A stretch of 64,000 bases of DNA from assembly GCA_964106645.2 (NCBI GenBank), contig OZ067038.1. One strand, written 5' to 3'. Position 1 is the first letter of the stretch. Each line of letters begins with the position of its first letter. The notes beneath the pieces were generated by a model. The model was not told the DNA's origin. It did no database searches and saw nothing but the letters and a program-made list of their open reading frames with translations. Source of the DNA: Podarcis pityusensis. Its lineage: Eukaryota. Made by a program: the position numbers and the translations under genes. Shown piece by piece: positions 34,687 to 47,230 of this stretch.

Positions 34687-36072
34687 AGAAAGAAATCCAT
34701 GGATGCTCAAAACCATTTCCCCACTTACAGCAGATCACTTCAACGGTTATGTTTTTAGCATGTACCCATATAATGCATTCTGAAAACAGAATGTTTCATA
34801 CCACCAAAACAGTTGTTTTTAAAAGATACATTTGATGTACTGCAGAGATTTCCCAAATGACTTCAGATCTTTATAGTGTGTTCCCATGTGGGAAACCAGT
34901 CCCCCCCCCCACAAGACAGTGTGTGAAATGGCCCAAAGTAAGCCCCTTAAAATGTGCTAATCTCTTCTGTATGCATTAGCTGGAATCGTGTGTTCATTTG
35001 TCATTTCCAAATGCTTCCCTTCCCAGCATGTCTCAAATGTCTATTATCCTGTGGGTCTATTGCTCTAATGACTAGGAAGACGGTGTTTGTTCTTTCATCC
35101 TTTGCAATTCTCGCCCAGCTGAAAAGGTATCACAGGAATGAATGTAGCTGCCACAGTTTGTAATGAATATGTTAGCATTACTGTCCTAGTCCTGAAATTC
35201 AGCATATGCCTTTAAATCATTTTAATCTGTGGGAGGTGGATGTCATCTGAATGTTATCTTTAAAAAGAAGAAGAAGAAACAAATAGATAATGGAGACAGT
35301 TTTCGTAAAAAAGATGAGCAAGGGCTGTGTGTGGATCTCCAATTCCTTTCTGGAAGGGAGAATACTGAATGAAGGGACCTTGAAGATGGCAGATCTGAAT
35401 CTCAATGCCAAACTGAACTGAGGACTGAGCCACTTGAAAAGAAGGGAAAGCAAGTAGGTGGGAGTGGGGAGCCTTTGAGGATGAGTACTTGTGAAATCAC
35501 CTTCCAGCTGGGCCAATTTAGCAAAATATCTAGACCCAGAATGGTGAACTTGCAGCTCTTTAGATGTTGTTGAAGTCCCAACTCCCATCAGCTCCGGTTG
35601 CCTTGGCCAATAGTCTGGGATGATGTGAGTTGTAGTCCACAGACAGCTCCTAATCTTGCTACAGGTATGCAGAACACCAAGAAGGCTGGGGCAGAATGTG
35701 CATTTGAGGCCCCCTGTCCACTTCCTCACAGCACCTCATGTAAGGGTCATATCCCCAATCAGCTGAGGGAAAAAGTACGTATGGACACAATGCTTTCTAA
35801 AAGCTATGTTTGACACCAGAATGTTAACATTTTCAACTCTCAGCCTAACCTACTTTGCAAATGTTCTCTATAAATTCCTGGCAGAGATGTGCCAGATTCC
35901 AGAAAATAGTAATTGCCAGCAATAATTCATTGAGAGGGGATCTGTGGAGTGGGTGCTCACACAAACTACAAGGCATCTCAGACCTTTTGTCCTAGAAGGC
36001 ATAAACGGACCTTCTTCAGCCACCTTTCCTTCACACAAAGCCTCCACTCTATAGCCCCAGAAATAGCCCTGA

Positions 36073-36301
36073 GAAGAAGAAGAGTTTGGATTTGATATCC
36101 CGCCTTTCACTCCCTTTAAGGAGTCTCCTTTCCCTTCCTCCCCCACAACAAACACTCTGTGAGGTGAGTGGGGCTGAGAGACTTCAGAGAAGTGTGACTG
36201 GCCCAAGGTCACCCAGCAGCTGCATGTGGAGGAGCGGAGACGCGAACCCGGTTCCCCAGATTACGAGACTACTGCTCTTAACCACTACACCACACTGGCT
36301 C
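36073..36301 (-). mobile_element. Squam3-like SINE
   Basis: Near-identical to 14250-14498. Confidence 0.85.
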
Positions 36302-36584
36302 TCAGGTCACACAGCCTAGCTCTGGATGTTACACAGAATCATGTGTTTTGTTTATATTTTTCTGGAGCCATTTCCAGAGTTCCAGTTCAGAAACCTGTGT
36401 TCCTCCCTTTCCAACATGGTGAGATGGATGAGCCAGATAGGGATCTAGAGCACAAACATTCTCAGGTTTTGGAGGAGATGGTTTGTGTGTGTGGTTATTT
36501 GTCTGTCCATCCATCCATGTTAAGAGAGTAAGTGTGGGTTACTTGTGCTTTGGAGCCACTCAAGGTTCCAGGTACAATCTAAGG

Positions 36585-39332
36585 CAGGGGTCAGCAACCT
36601 TTTTCAGCTGTGTGCCGGTCCACCATCCCTCAGACCATGTGGTGGGCTGGACTATATTTTGGGGAAAAAATGAACAAATTCCTTTTAAAAATAATAATAA
36701 TAATAATATTTATTAAGTTTCCAACAAATTAAGCACAACACTACAAAAAAGCCAAAAAAGAAAAAAACATACAATACAATACAATACAATACAATACAAT
36801 ATAAAAAACAAACAAACATAATAAAAGAAACAAACAAGACAAAACAGAACAAAACAAAAACCATTTAAAATTTCAATTTCAACATCTTATCTTTCTTTCC
36901 CTTATTTCCTCGACCTCCTCACACCTCCCTTTTTGTATTCCACTTCTGTTAATTGTTTCAGCAATTCCTTTCCATCTTCCTCAGTTTTCTATCCTATAAT
37001 TGTCTTAACACATTCTAACCATATTTTTCCCTTTAAAGCTCAATTAATCTATTTATACTTAATTCCAATTCCTATCCATCTTCCCCTGTTTTCTATCCTA
37101 TAATTATCTTAACACATTTTAACCTTATTTTCCTTTAATACTCTATTAATCTATTTATACTTAATTCCTTATAACATTTCTACTGAAGCCATATAACTTC
37201 ATTCCAACGTTCTTCTAACATTCATTAATTTTACAATATTTATATACATAATCTTTAAACTTTTCCCAGTCTTCTTCCACCGACTCTTCTCCCTGGTCTC
37301 GGATCTTGCCAGTCTTTTCCGCCAATTCGATCTAGTCCATCAACTTCATCTGCCATTATCCAACACTTCTGTACTTCTAGGAGACAACCATTCTCTCAGC
37401 CAGCAAAGAGCAGATGATTCACAACAAAGTTTAGGGGTCTGGCAGGGCAGGTCCACCTCCTTCTTTAGCATCCGTCAATATCTTAAGTTTTACTCGAGGT
37501 TTCCTGCCCTGCCAAACAACTCCAAAAACATCCCTCTGCCACCTCCTGATACAGTCCATCCCATCCAAAACTTGCACTGTTTGAAACGAAAGCAACATCC
37601 CCAGCATCACAACAACCCTCATCCCCACCACAACGACTCGGCCCAACAATAGCAACTTCAGATTTGTCCATATTTCCCAATCCCCCTTCTCTTCAATCCA
37701 ACGACCTTGACAGTTACCCTTAAATAAATTCACATTTTTGGCGGTCATACTGGCCCCCAAAAGCCTCTCTTTCTCAACCGATGTTAGTCCAGTCTCCTCC
37801 TGAAGCTCTGTCAGGCTTTCCTTTCCCAATTCAGGTAGGGCTCTGGTCCTCAAATTCTTCTGTTTTCCTTTAAGTTCCATCATAACAGATGTCACATCGA
37901 ATTGCCTTTGAATGGATGGGGCTCTTTCACACTCCAGTTGTATTGTTTTACATTCAGCAGCAAGGGTTTTCTCCCTGACTTCATCCGCAGTTTGCCGTGT
38001 CGACGTAAATTCCTGTATCGATCTCTGAATGGTTTCTGTGTTGGTGTTCACCTTTTGTCCCAGATTGTCTATTTTCCTGTGAAGCTGTTCCAACGAATCG
38101 TTTATTTGCACCAAAGCGACCACTAAGGCCTCTTCTGTCGACATTTCACCTGTTTTTTTCCTTTCCATTTACCATAACACTTGAGAAATTCAAGGTCAAT
38201 CTCAGAGTCTCACAGTTCTTATCTTGCATCTGGAAGTCCCCCTAGCCCAGCTCTTATAAAGTAACCAATTTCAGAGATTACCACTAGAGGGAAACAATGT
38301 CCCCTTTAAACACAACTCATACAATCCAAAGTTAATTTCAGATTTCAGATACTTTCTACTCCTTTTTAGAAGCAGCCGGAGACAATAGAAACAATGTATT
38401 TCTCTTCCTTTGCTAGCTGTCAAGGAACGTTCTAAGTGCTGTCAATGAACATTCCAAAACGTCAGTCCTACTGGCAGCCCGTTTCCAGGGTCAGAGCGGC
38501 TTTATTTTAACTCCCTTCACTCTCTCCTGCAGGCATACTCAGTCCACAACTTCCCCCCCTCTTCTCCTGCCTCCAAGGGGGGTTTTGTGCTCTTTACCGA
38601 TGGAAATTTAGGCTTTTACAAAAGGCTTTCCAAGACTTCAGCCTACAGCCTCCTTGCCTCAGTCTGTTTACAAGTAGGGAAGGCGGACTTCCTGTTTTGA
38701 ACCTCCCCGTTTCGATGCCAAATTAAACTTTTAAAATCCGATTCTCCCGTCTCAGCTCTACTCACGGGTAATTACTTTGGAGTCAAATTGTCCACAGGAA
38801 AAAGTCAATGCTCTCCGGCAACAGCTATGCGGCTTCGCTCCATGGAAGAAGCAGACGATTCGAAGCACCGCGCCGCTCACCCCACGTCGCTCTGGATCCC
38901 CGAAACTGGGTTTCCCCGTGAGTAGGGGAGGCGCAAAAGGTGCCCGCCGAATCCCACGTTCACAGGCTTCTCCAGCCTGTGATTTTTACGGGTCTCCGCC
39001 TTCGCCGCGGCGGTACAGACCCAAATTCCCACGGGGCAAGTTCCTCCCGATCAGAGGAACTCCGCCATTGCTGGAGGCACCAACCCGGAAGTCAAAAAAG
39101 AACAAATTCCTATGCCTCACAAATAACCCAGAGATGCATTTTAAATAAAAGCACACATTCTGCTCATGTAAAAACACCAGGCAGGTCCCACAAATAACCC
39201 AAATATGCATTTTAAATAAAAGGACACATTCTACTCATGTACAAACACGCTGATTCCTGGACCGTCCGCAGGCCACATTGAGAAGGCGATTGGGCCACAC
39301 CTGGCCCCCGGGCCTTAGGTTGCCTACCCCTG
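36585..39332. mobile_element. hAT MITE split by an L1-derived insertion
   Basis: TIRs CAGGGGT...AACCT / AGGTTGCCTACCCCTG and a perfect 8-bp TSD ATCTAAGG (36577-36584, 39333-39340). An uninterrupted relative lies at 62984-63233. Confidence 0.9.
36684..39093 (-). mobile_element. Full-length non-autonomous L1 derivative (~2.4 kb): 5'UTR, ORF1/ORF2 fusion ORF (37431-38168), ORF2 tail and 3'UTR
   Basis: TSD AAAAAA(T)GAACAAATTCCT at 36665-36683 and 39094-39111. The CpG-rich 5' end reads GACTTCCGG...AATGGCGG. The ORF C-terminal half aligns with the 586-aa L1 ORF2, and the tail is (ATT)n. Confidence 0.85.
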
Positions 39333-42204
39333 ATCTAAGGGCTAAGTAATAAGGGAACATCTCATAGTTAAAAGACTCACATTCCCACTTGGTTTTTCTT
39401 AACTTAAGAATGCAATTAAATCTGAAATTCATTTTCTTGGATCTAATAGATACAAAATAGTCATTTCTTATTCGTTGTCATTCTTTTAACTGATGCAATA
39501 AAATTTTTTTAAAAAAAGTTTTACTGAGCAGGCACCTGCAACCCACTGAGGCCACCCTATGTATAAAAAGGGGGAAAGGCTCATATTGGATTCTCATTGG
39601 TGCCATATCTTGAAATGGACTGCCTCTCATCACTGGAGCACCTAGAATTCAGAAGCTCTTGCCATTGCCCTTGAGTAGCACCTAAAATAATACAAATTTG
39701 AAGTTTGTTATCTATTTGTGGATGCTTTACATCTCATGTACCGTTTTCTTTAAAAAGAAAGGTGTGGTTTGAAACTAAAACAACGACAGCATGGTGCCAT
39801 CACAGAATCTCTCCAGTGCCAGTTTCTACCACCTCCTTTGGCACAGGGCAGGCATTGCTGCTGTGTTTTCATTTATTGTTTGCTCTGCCAGTTTTTGCTT
39901 AAGGGAGCAGTTTCCTCCTCCTCCTCACATGCTTCCCACATGCTCACTTCGCCTCCCTTAGCGCTTGCTATTAATTAGGCCCTTGATCCATCAAGTGCTA
40001 ATTGTCAAGGGTTTAAATAGAAAAGAGGAAGGGAAGGGGGGAGAAGCAGAGCAGAAAACTACTGCTTCACAAGCAGAAAATCTACCCACTCCAAATGGGG
40101 TCTGCCGCTCACACATATCTTAATATTTGGTTAGATGGCTGGGGAGGAGTTCAGAGGGTGTTGGTGCAGAGTCAGGCAGAAGACTTATCACAGTTGCAAT
40201 TCCCTTTGTCTAGCAGAAGAGTGTGAGTGTGTGTGTGTGTTTTAGCAGTTTGCTTTTCTTAGCAGCAACATGTATAGAAACTGATTAAAAACGTGCACAG
40301 AAATTGCCAATATGTCATGTTTGGCAGCCACAAACAATGCCCCGTCTGCATGCCTTCAGTACATACTTTGATGTTTCTATTTTGCCTTTCCTGGGCGTGT
40401 GTGTGTGGGGAGAGAGATGGGGGACAAAGAACAGCAAACAGATGAAAGAACGTATTGCTCTCTTCCTCTGGCAGAGTCTACACTGGGGCAGGGGGAAGTG
40501 GTTGAATGGCAGACGATCACTGCCAGATAATAATCTGCCTTTGACCTGGGCAGCTTAAAGGTAACAATGAGCATTATTAATATGATAATAGATGATATGA
40601 GCACATCTATTTGTCTCCATAAAAGCCAGTTTCTAAAGGAGCAGAATTCTAGCATCAAAGTGAAATGTGATTAAGCGCCAGGCTATATCTTACACAAGGA
40701 GTTCTGTGATAAATTGACCTATACACCCACACACACGTGTGGTGTGTGTGGTAATTTAGAGCTGTGGTGTTTCAACCCTTTCCTTTGTGTCGTTTTCTTG
40801 CTGTTAGGTGCCAGTATCAAGCCTGTGCATTTAAAACTGTCTACGCTCCAGGGTGTAGCTAGGCAAAAAATGTCCCCTTCCTTAGACACAGGTGTTACCA
40901 GAGGCATGGGGCAGACTTAACCCCCATCCAATTAGTGTTCCTCAAGTGCATCCCTTCTGCCCATGCAAGTGAGTGCCTATCATTTATCCAAGGGGGAAAT
41001 GTTAAGTGCTGCCTGGAGGCAGCCTTGCACTGGGGGAACACCGCCAGCATCTCTGACAACACATGACCAACCTGCTACCAGCAGATGCTCAAATGGGGAG
41101 GTGTGTACAAGCCCCCCTTCCAACTCTCATCCTGCCTGTCATAATTATGGGCATTTGTCTATTTAGATAAATAGCAAGCTCATTAGCACTTGTTAGGATT
41201 CCTGTGTGGCTAACTTACTGAAACAGCCGTAGTCCATTCATAAGGACAGAAAGTAAATGAGCTTTGAAAAATTGGTTTTGTGAAGAAAAAAATGTGAGGT
41301 GCTCAGTTTGAAAGTGTGACGGGCTCAGCTGTCTAGCCTGCATTGATGGCAATGATCAAGGGGTCTTGAGAGCTTTGGTTTGTTTCAACAACTCTGCATA
41401 ATCGTGTTTTTTAAAAAGCAGGATAGACCGTCTTAGGGTTGGTCCCAATGATGCTCCAGTTATCGCAGGCTATGGAACATTCACCCCCTTCCTGAAAGCA
41501 GTGATCTTTGAACATTGTAAAGCAGCTACCTCACACCACCTTTGATTACCCACAGTGCATTGGGGCTCATACACTGTTAGGAAATGATGCAGATCTAAAT
41601 GTCAGCGATTGCTTCAAGGCTGCTTGAGGGATGTGGTTTCTTAGCAGAGTTTTGTCGTTTAAAGCATCAACCTCAAGCTAACCTCTCTGCAGCTGTAGAA
41701 CTATTTAGTATTTATCCCCAGCCCCTCTCTTTTTTCATGAAGGATATGGCCTTCTCTCTCTATCCCTCTCTTGCAGACAAACATGTATACGAAAAAAAGA
41801 GAGATAATACATTTCCTCCATTTCTCTTCTAAATAGGATTTTGCATTTCATTGTGCATCTTCTCCAATTTTAAAAATTCAATTCCACAAGGCATGCATGA
41901 TGGTTTTTGAGAACTTGTGTGTGTGCTGTCAGACCTTCTAGATTGGTAGCTTTGAAAAGTCAAGTCCTCTAACTTATGCACAGCAGAATATATATGGCAA
42001 TAAAAACATTCCCCCTTCCCCTTTAGCAACCGTCTGTGAAGGAGTACCACCCTTTCCCTGCTCATTCTGCTGTTCTACACATTTCATTCCTGTGTCCATT
42101 CACACCAACCATCCCCTATGAGATTTTTTTTTTCATGCTAAACACTGTTTCGAGTTTTTTCCCCCTCTACAATCAAGCAACATATAATTTTTATGAAATA
42201 AATT

Positions 42205-43458
42205 TACTGGGAGGGATAGCTAATGCCTCAGAAGACAGAATCAGAATTCAAAATGACCTTAACAGATTGGACAACTGGGCCCAAACTAACAATATGAATT
42301 TCAGTAGCGACAAACGTAAGGTTCTGCACTCAGGCAGGAAGAACCAGCTGCACAAATATAAGATGGGAGGCACCTGGTTTAATAGCAGTACATGTGAAGA
42401 GGAGCTAGGGGTCTTGGTGGACCACAAGCTTAACATGAGTCAACAGCAAAAAAAGGTAATGCTATTCTAGGCTGCATCAACAGCCTTAAAGACCTACATT
42501 GGCTCCCAGTATGTTTCCGAGCACAATTCAAAGTGTTGGTGCTGATCTTTAAAGACCGAAATGGCCTCAGCCCGGTATACCTGAAGGAGCGTCTCCACCC
42601 CCCTCATCCAGCCCAGACACGACACTGAGGTCCAGCGCCGAGGGCCTTCTGGTCGTTCCCTCACTGCGAGAAGTGAGGTTACAGGGAACCAGGCAGAGGG
42701 CCTTCTCGGTAGTGGCACCCGCCCTGTGGAACACCCTCCCATCAGATGTCAAGGACTTTTAGAGGACATCTGAAGGCAGCCCTGTTTAGGGAAGTTTTTA
42801 ATGTTTGAAGTTTTATTCTGTTTTTAGTGTTCTATTGGAAGCCGCCCAGAGTGGCTGGGGAAACCCAGCCAGATGGGCGGGGTATAAATAATAAAATTAG
42901 TAGTAGTAGTAGTAGTAGTAGTATAGTGTCCAGATCAAGAGAAGTAATAGTCCTGCTCTACTCTGCCTTGCTCAGACTACACCTGGAGTACTGTGTCCAG
43001 TTCCGGGTGCCACCATTTAAGGAAGAATATTGACACGCTGGAATGTGTGCAGAGGAGGGCAACCAAGATGATCAAGGGTCTGGAAAACAAGCTTTATGAG
43101 GAACAATTGAGGGAACTGCATATGTTTAGCCTGAAAAAGAAACTGAGAGGAAATATGATAGCCATCTTCAAATATCTCAAAAACTGTCACATGGAAGATA
43201 GAGCAAGTATTTTCCCCCTTCTCTGGAGTGCAGGGCTCAAACCAATGGCTTTTAAGTTACAAGAAAAGAGATTCTGACATCTCACATCTTCTGTTAGTAA
43301 GAACTGTTCAACAGTGGAATAGACTCCCTTGGAAGTTTATGGACTTCCTTGGAGGTTTTTAAGCAGAGGCCATCTGTCATGGATGCTTTGCATTGCAGGA
43401 GGTTGGACTAGATGATCCTTGGGACCCCTTTCAGCTCTACAATTCTATGAATCTATGA
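42205..43458 (+). mobile_element. CR1 LINE 3' portion, interrupted by an L2
   Basis: CR1 ORF2 motifs [35 protein letters not shown] and LECVQRRATKMIKGLE. It ends in ATTCTATGA repeats. Confidence 0.92.
42484..42922 (+). mobile_element. L2 LINE 3' end nested in CR1, with (AGT)n tail
   Basis: CTACATTGGCTCCCAGT...GCCTTCTCGGTAGTGGCACCCGCCCTGTGGAAC...ATAAATAATAAA. The CR1 sequence resumes at AGTATAGTGTCCAGATC. Confidence 0.9.
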
Positions 43459-43843
43459 TAAAGAAAATAAATTCAGGATTGGCCAGTATTCGGTAAATCC
43501 TTAGGTCTGGACAGAACCATGGATGACCCCACCAAATGCAGTGTCTACAAAACTCTTTGTAGGTCTTTTTACCCACTCAAAAGATGTTCTATCTCACTGC
43601 TATATATCTGCTTTCTTAAAAAAAAAATAATCATGTGTGTTGCAGTCAGATGCTAATATCATTCATACCTGTTTAATTACCTTTAAAGTGTTGTGTGGTG
43701 GGTTGTGCATTTAAATGAACATCACCACCCACATTCTACCTGAAATAGTCAAGTACACATGACATGGACATAGCCAGGATTTTTGTTGGCGGGGGTGGGG
43801 GCAGAACTGAGCTATCTGTGACTTGATTGGTCAGTTAGTTAAG

Positions 43844-43846
43844 TAT

Positions 43847-43876
<30 letters not shown>
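43844..43876. repeat. (TATT)n microsatellite
   Basis: Read directly from the sequence. Confidence 0.9.
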
Positions 43877-43877
<1 letters not shown>

Positions 43878-44719
43878 CTTGATGGAGGGCAACTGCCCTC
43901 CTGCCCCCCCCCCCCAGCTACACCCATGACACATGACTGAATCAGGTGAGGGAGGTTTGGCCCAGTTGTCTTGGCATTAAGGATGCTTTCCCTCTCTCCC
44001 ACCCCATCCCCGCCCCCATGTCCCTGGTCCCCCTACCAAGCCATCTGCTTGCAAAGGGTGTTACACCCTTTCAACAAGGTGTGGGGAAAGATATTGTTGC
44101 TGGAAAGAGATGCATTTTACATGGGTCAGAAAACGTGTCTAAAACATTCATTGTTTTCACCAACAAGATTGTTTTAGTAAAAGGTTATCCCCCTGTCCTT
44201 TTGTATCTCTTGACATTTGGTGCTAATGGAAATTTGTGTGCCTGCAGTGCAGTCCTGTACATGTCTACGCAGAGGTTTGTTTAATTGAGTTTAATTGGAC
44301 TTACTTCCAGGTAAGTGTGTATAGATTGCAATCTAAATCATATGTGCAAGTTGGAATTTTTGCCTTCTCTTTTCAATGCAACTGTTCTTCTTTCAAAAAG
44401 ATTTTGACAGATGTAAATTATGGGCTGAATGAGTTATATTGGGAACTTACTCAGTGTCCTGTAAAAGTGCAGTTGGAGTAGAATAAATTTTTGACAACAG
44501 AACTTCATGTTTGCTTCTTTTTTTTTACACAGCATGCTAGTTACACACATATGGGGTTTTATGCTACTGTTTGTAAAATGTGAGAAATAGAGTCATAGAC
44601 AGAAAGTCAAACAAGGCCAAGGTGTCCCAGGAATAGCTGGTTAGGAATTGAAAGGCACCGTTCAGGGTAGGATAAATCAGGAAGATAGCTTAGTTAGGAA
44701 TGGTAGAAGACAAGCAGAT

Positions 44720-45022
44720 CACGTGTCCCTGTTTTCCAGGGGCAGTCCTGGATTTATATAAGCCATCCCAGTTTCTGATTTGATCCTGGAATGTCCTGCT
44801 TTTCCTGAGGACATCCCTATTTTCATCAGAGAAATGTTGGAGGGTATGGAGTTATGTAATCCCCGAGCCATGGAAATAAGTAACTATACAACCTTTAGAA
44901 GACATGTGAAGGCAGCCCTGTATAGGGAAGTTTTTAAATGTTTAATGTTTTATTGTGTTTTTATATATGTTGGAAGCTGTCCAGAGTGGCTGGGGCAACC
45001 CAGTCAGATGGGCAGCGTAATA

Positions 45023-45064
<42 letters not shown>

Positions 45065-45075
45065 GACATCCCTGC
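44720..45075 (+). mobile_element. Composite repeat: MITE-like end fused to an L2 3' tail (copy 1)
   Basis: Shares its layout and junction with 63318-63655. Confidence 0.7.
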
Positions 45076-47039
45076 TGGGTGCAGTTGTCCTCATTGTTCT
45101 GCATTTGTCTGAGGTCTGAGATTAGCAGTATAGCAAAATGGTTTAGAATATATGAGGGGAGTTGTGTGACTGTACTGGCTAGTCTCAAACCAGCACCATC
45201 ACAGTGGTTCTCAAAGGGTGTCCATTAGGGGAAATGCACACTAAAATGCTGATGAATTTTCACGAGGAAAAAAATCAGAAACTGATGCAGAAATGTGGGG
45301 AACTGAGCTTAATAGTTTTTTTTTAAAAAAGAGAAACCGAGAAACCAAAACTGAAAGGTTTGCCCATCCATCATCCAAGTAGGGTTGTGTTTGGTGTACA
45401 TGTATAAGCTAGTAAAAGATGCTTTGGCCCACCAAGGACCAAAGGTCAGTGGTTCTCAAACTTTTTTCTCTGGGTCAAACTTTCAGAATAAAAATTTCTT
45501 CGCACCACATCGAATGTATTGGATTTGTGACCATTATGCTCATTTACCTTCAGTAGTAGCAGTAAAGCTCTGCTGGATGAAATATTAATTGCCTCTGGTC
45601 TACTTTTTGGGAATCCTGCAATGTGCTATGTTTATTTTACTCTGCTAACTATATGTTGGAATCTGCTCTGGACCAATATTGAGCAGAATTTATGACAAGA
45701 ACATCTTCAGAGTCCCTTCCCACTAGCTGAAATAAGGCAAGGATGGGAGGTTCACAAGGGAAGGGGCCTTTTCAGTGGTGACCCCTTGCTTATGGAATGT
45801 CTGGATAATATAATGGAGTTGATATTTCCATCCTTGGCACCTTCTTTTATTTTGCTAGCTGTTTACAGGGTGAAACTGGGGGCATGGGAGTGAGAAGTGA
45901 GCTGGGGGCAACCTACAGAAGAATAAAAGGAAACAGCAGGAGGATGCAAATCAAACCTGAGCGTTAAGAGCCAGGGATGTGACATGGCAGCTTAGGCCTG
46001 AGGTCCCACTTGGCTCCTTCCCCGAGAATGGTATCTTATCAGGCAGCAGCTCCTCTGATTTTGATTACTGTCACTCAGGGCTGCAGGAACCGAAAGCCAG
46101 AGATGGGATGGGGCTATTGATTGGCAATCAATAAGGAACAAGGCTGTTTTCATCAGACATGTAGCAGTGAAGTGTATTCACCTGCCAGTGGAAATCTCCA
46201 ATTCCCTGCTGTGTTGGCGCTGATATTGTCTTGACTGCATGTTATGCCCTCTAAGTCATGCCAGAGGTGCTGAGGCATAAAACTAGTCCCGTCAGTCTTG
46301 CCCTCTTTACAGAAGGGGATTCATGTGAGAGAATTATTCTCCTTTAAGCTTCCTCCCTTCAAATGTGCTTAGAAACAAGGCTAGGAATAGCAATCGGAAA
46401 TGGTACAGAATGTATGTTGTGGCAATGTACCCCTTGGTTCAGCAAGCTCCCAGGTCTTTCTGCCTAGTCTTGGTGCTCAGTCTTACAACCATGCTAGCTC
46501 CATGGTTGAGAGGCCCCGGCAAAATGCCTTGTGGTCAGCTTCCCCGACTTCCACACACACTGCCTGGTCATAGGATTATTTGGTAGGAGGAGCTGAGTCT
46601 GGAAAGCTGCCTGCCATTTTCAATTCCCACAATGCCCTGGAGCAACTCCATATCTGCCCCTTTGCAACATTCTGGTAAATACAAAATGGTGGGTGGCTTC
46701 TTAGTTGCTGCCTCCAGTTAAGCCCAAAGGGATTAGGCAGGTTGGTGGTCTGGTACCATCTAGATAGGCTTTTGTGTGATAAGTCCTTTATGCTGATATA
46801 TAAAGAAAAAGCTGGATAGGTCTCCCAGATTTATTTATTTTACCAGTGCTCGCCCTCAGCTCCATTTGCAGATCTATTTCCCAACTGTACATACAGGCCA
46901 ACTTGTTTTTATATTTCTCTTCTGTCAGAATGAGTTGCTCTATATCTGAAAGCAGTCCTCTGGACCTTACCAGATTTACAGGGTGAATTAATGTATATAA
47001 GTCTTGTTAGGTCAGTTTAAAACTTTCCAGGAAGTCCTC

Positions 47040-47230
47040 GGGGAGTGGCTTCATCTCAGTGGCAGAACACATGCCTTACATGCAGAAGGTCCCGGGTGAC
47101 ATCTCCTATGAAAATGGCTGGTGAGGCGAAATACCTCTGCCTGAGACCCTGGAGAGTCCTGCTTGTCAGTGCAAACAACGGTGGACTCAACAGACAAATA
47201 GTTTGCCCTCATGTAAGGCAGCTTCCTTTC
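47040..47230 (+). mobile_element. Old tRNA-Ala-like SINE with CR1-type tail; a reverse copy lies at ~48500-48670
   Basis: CTCAGTGGCAGAACACATGCCTTACATGCAGAAGGTCCCGGGT head and TAAGGCAGCTTCCT tail. Confidence 0.6.
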
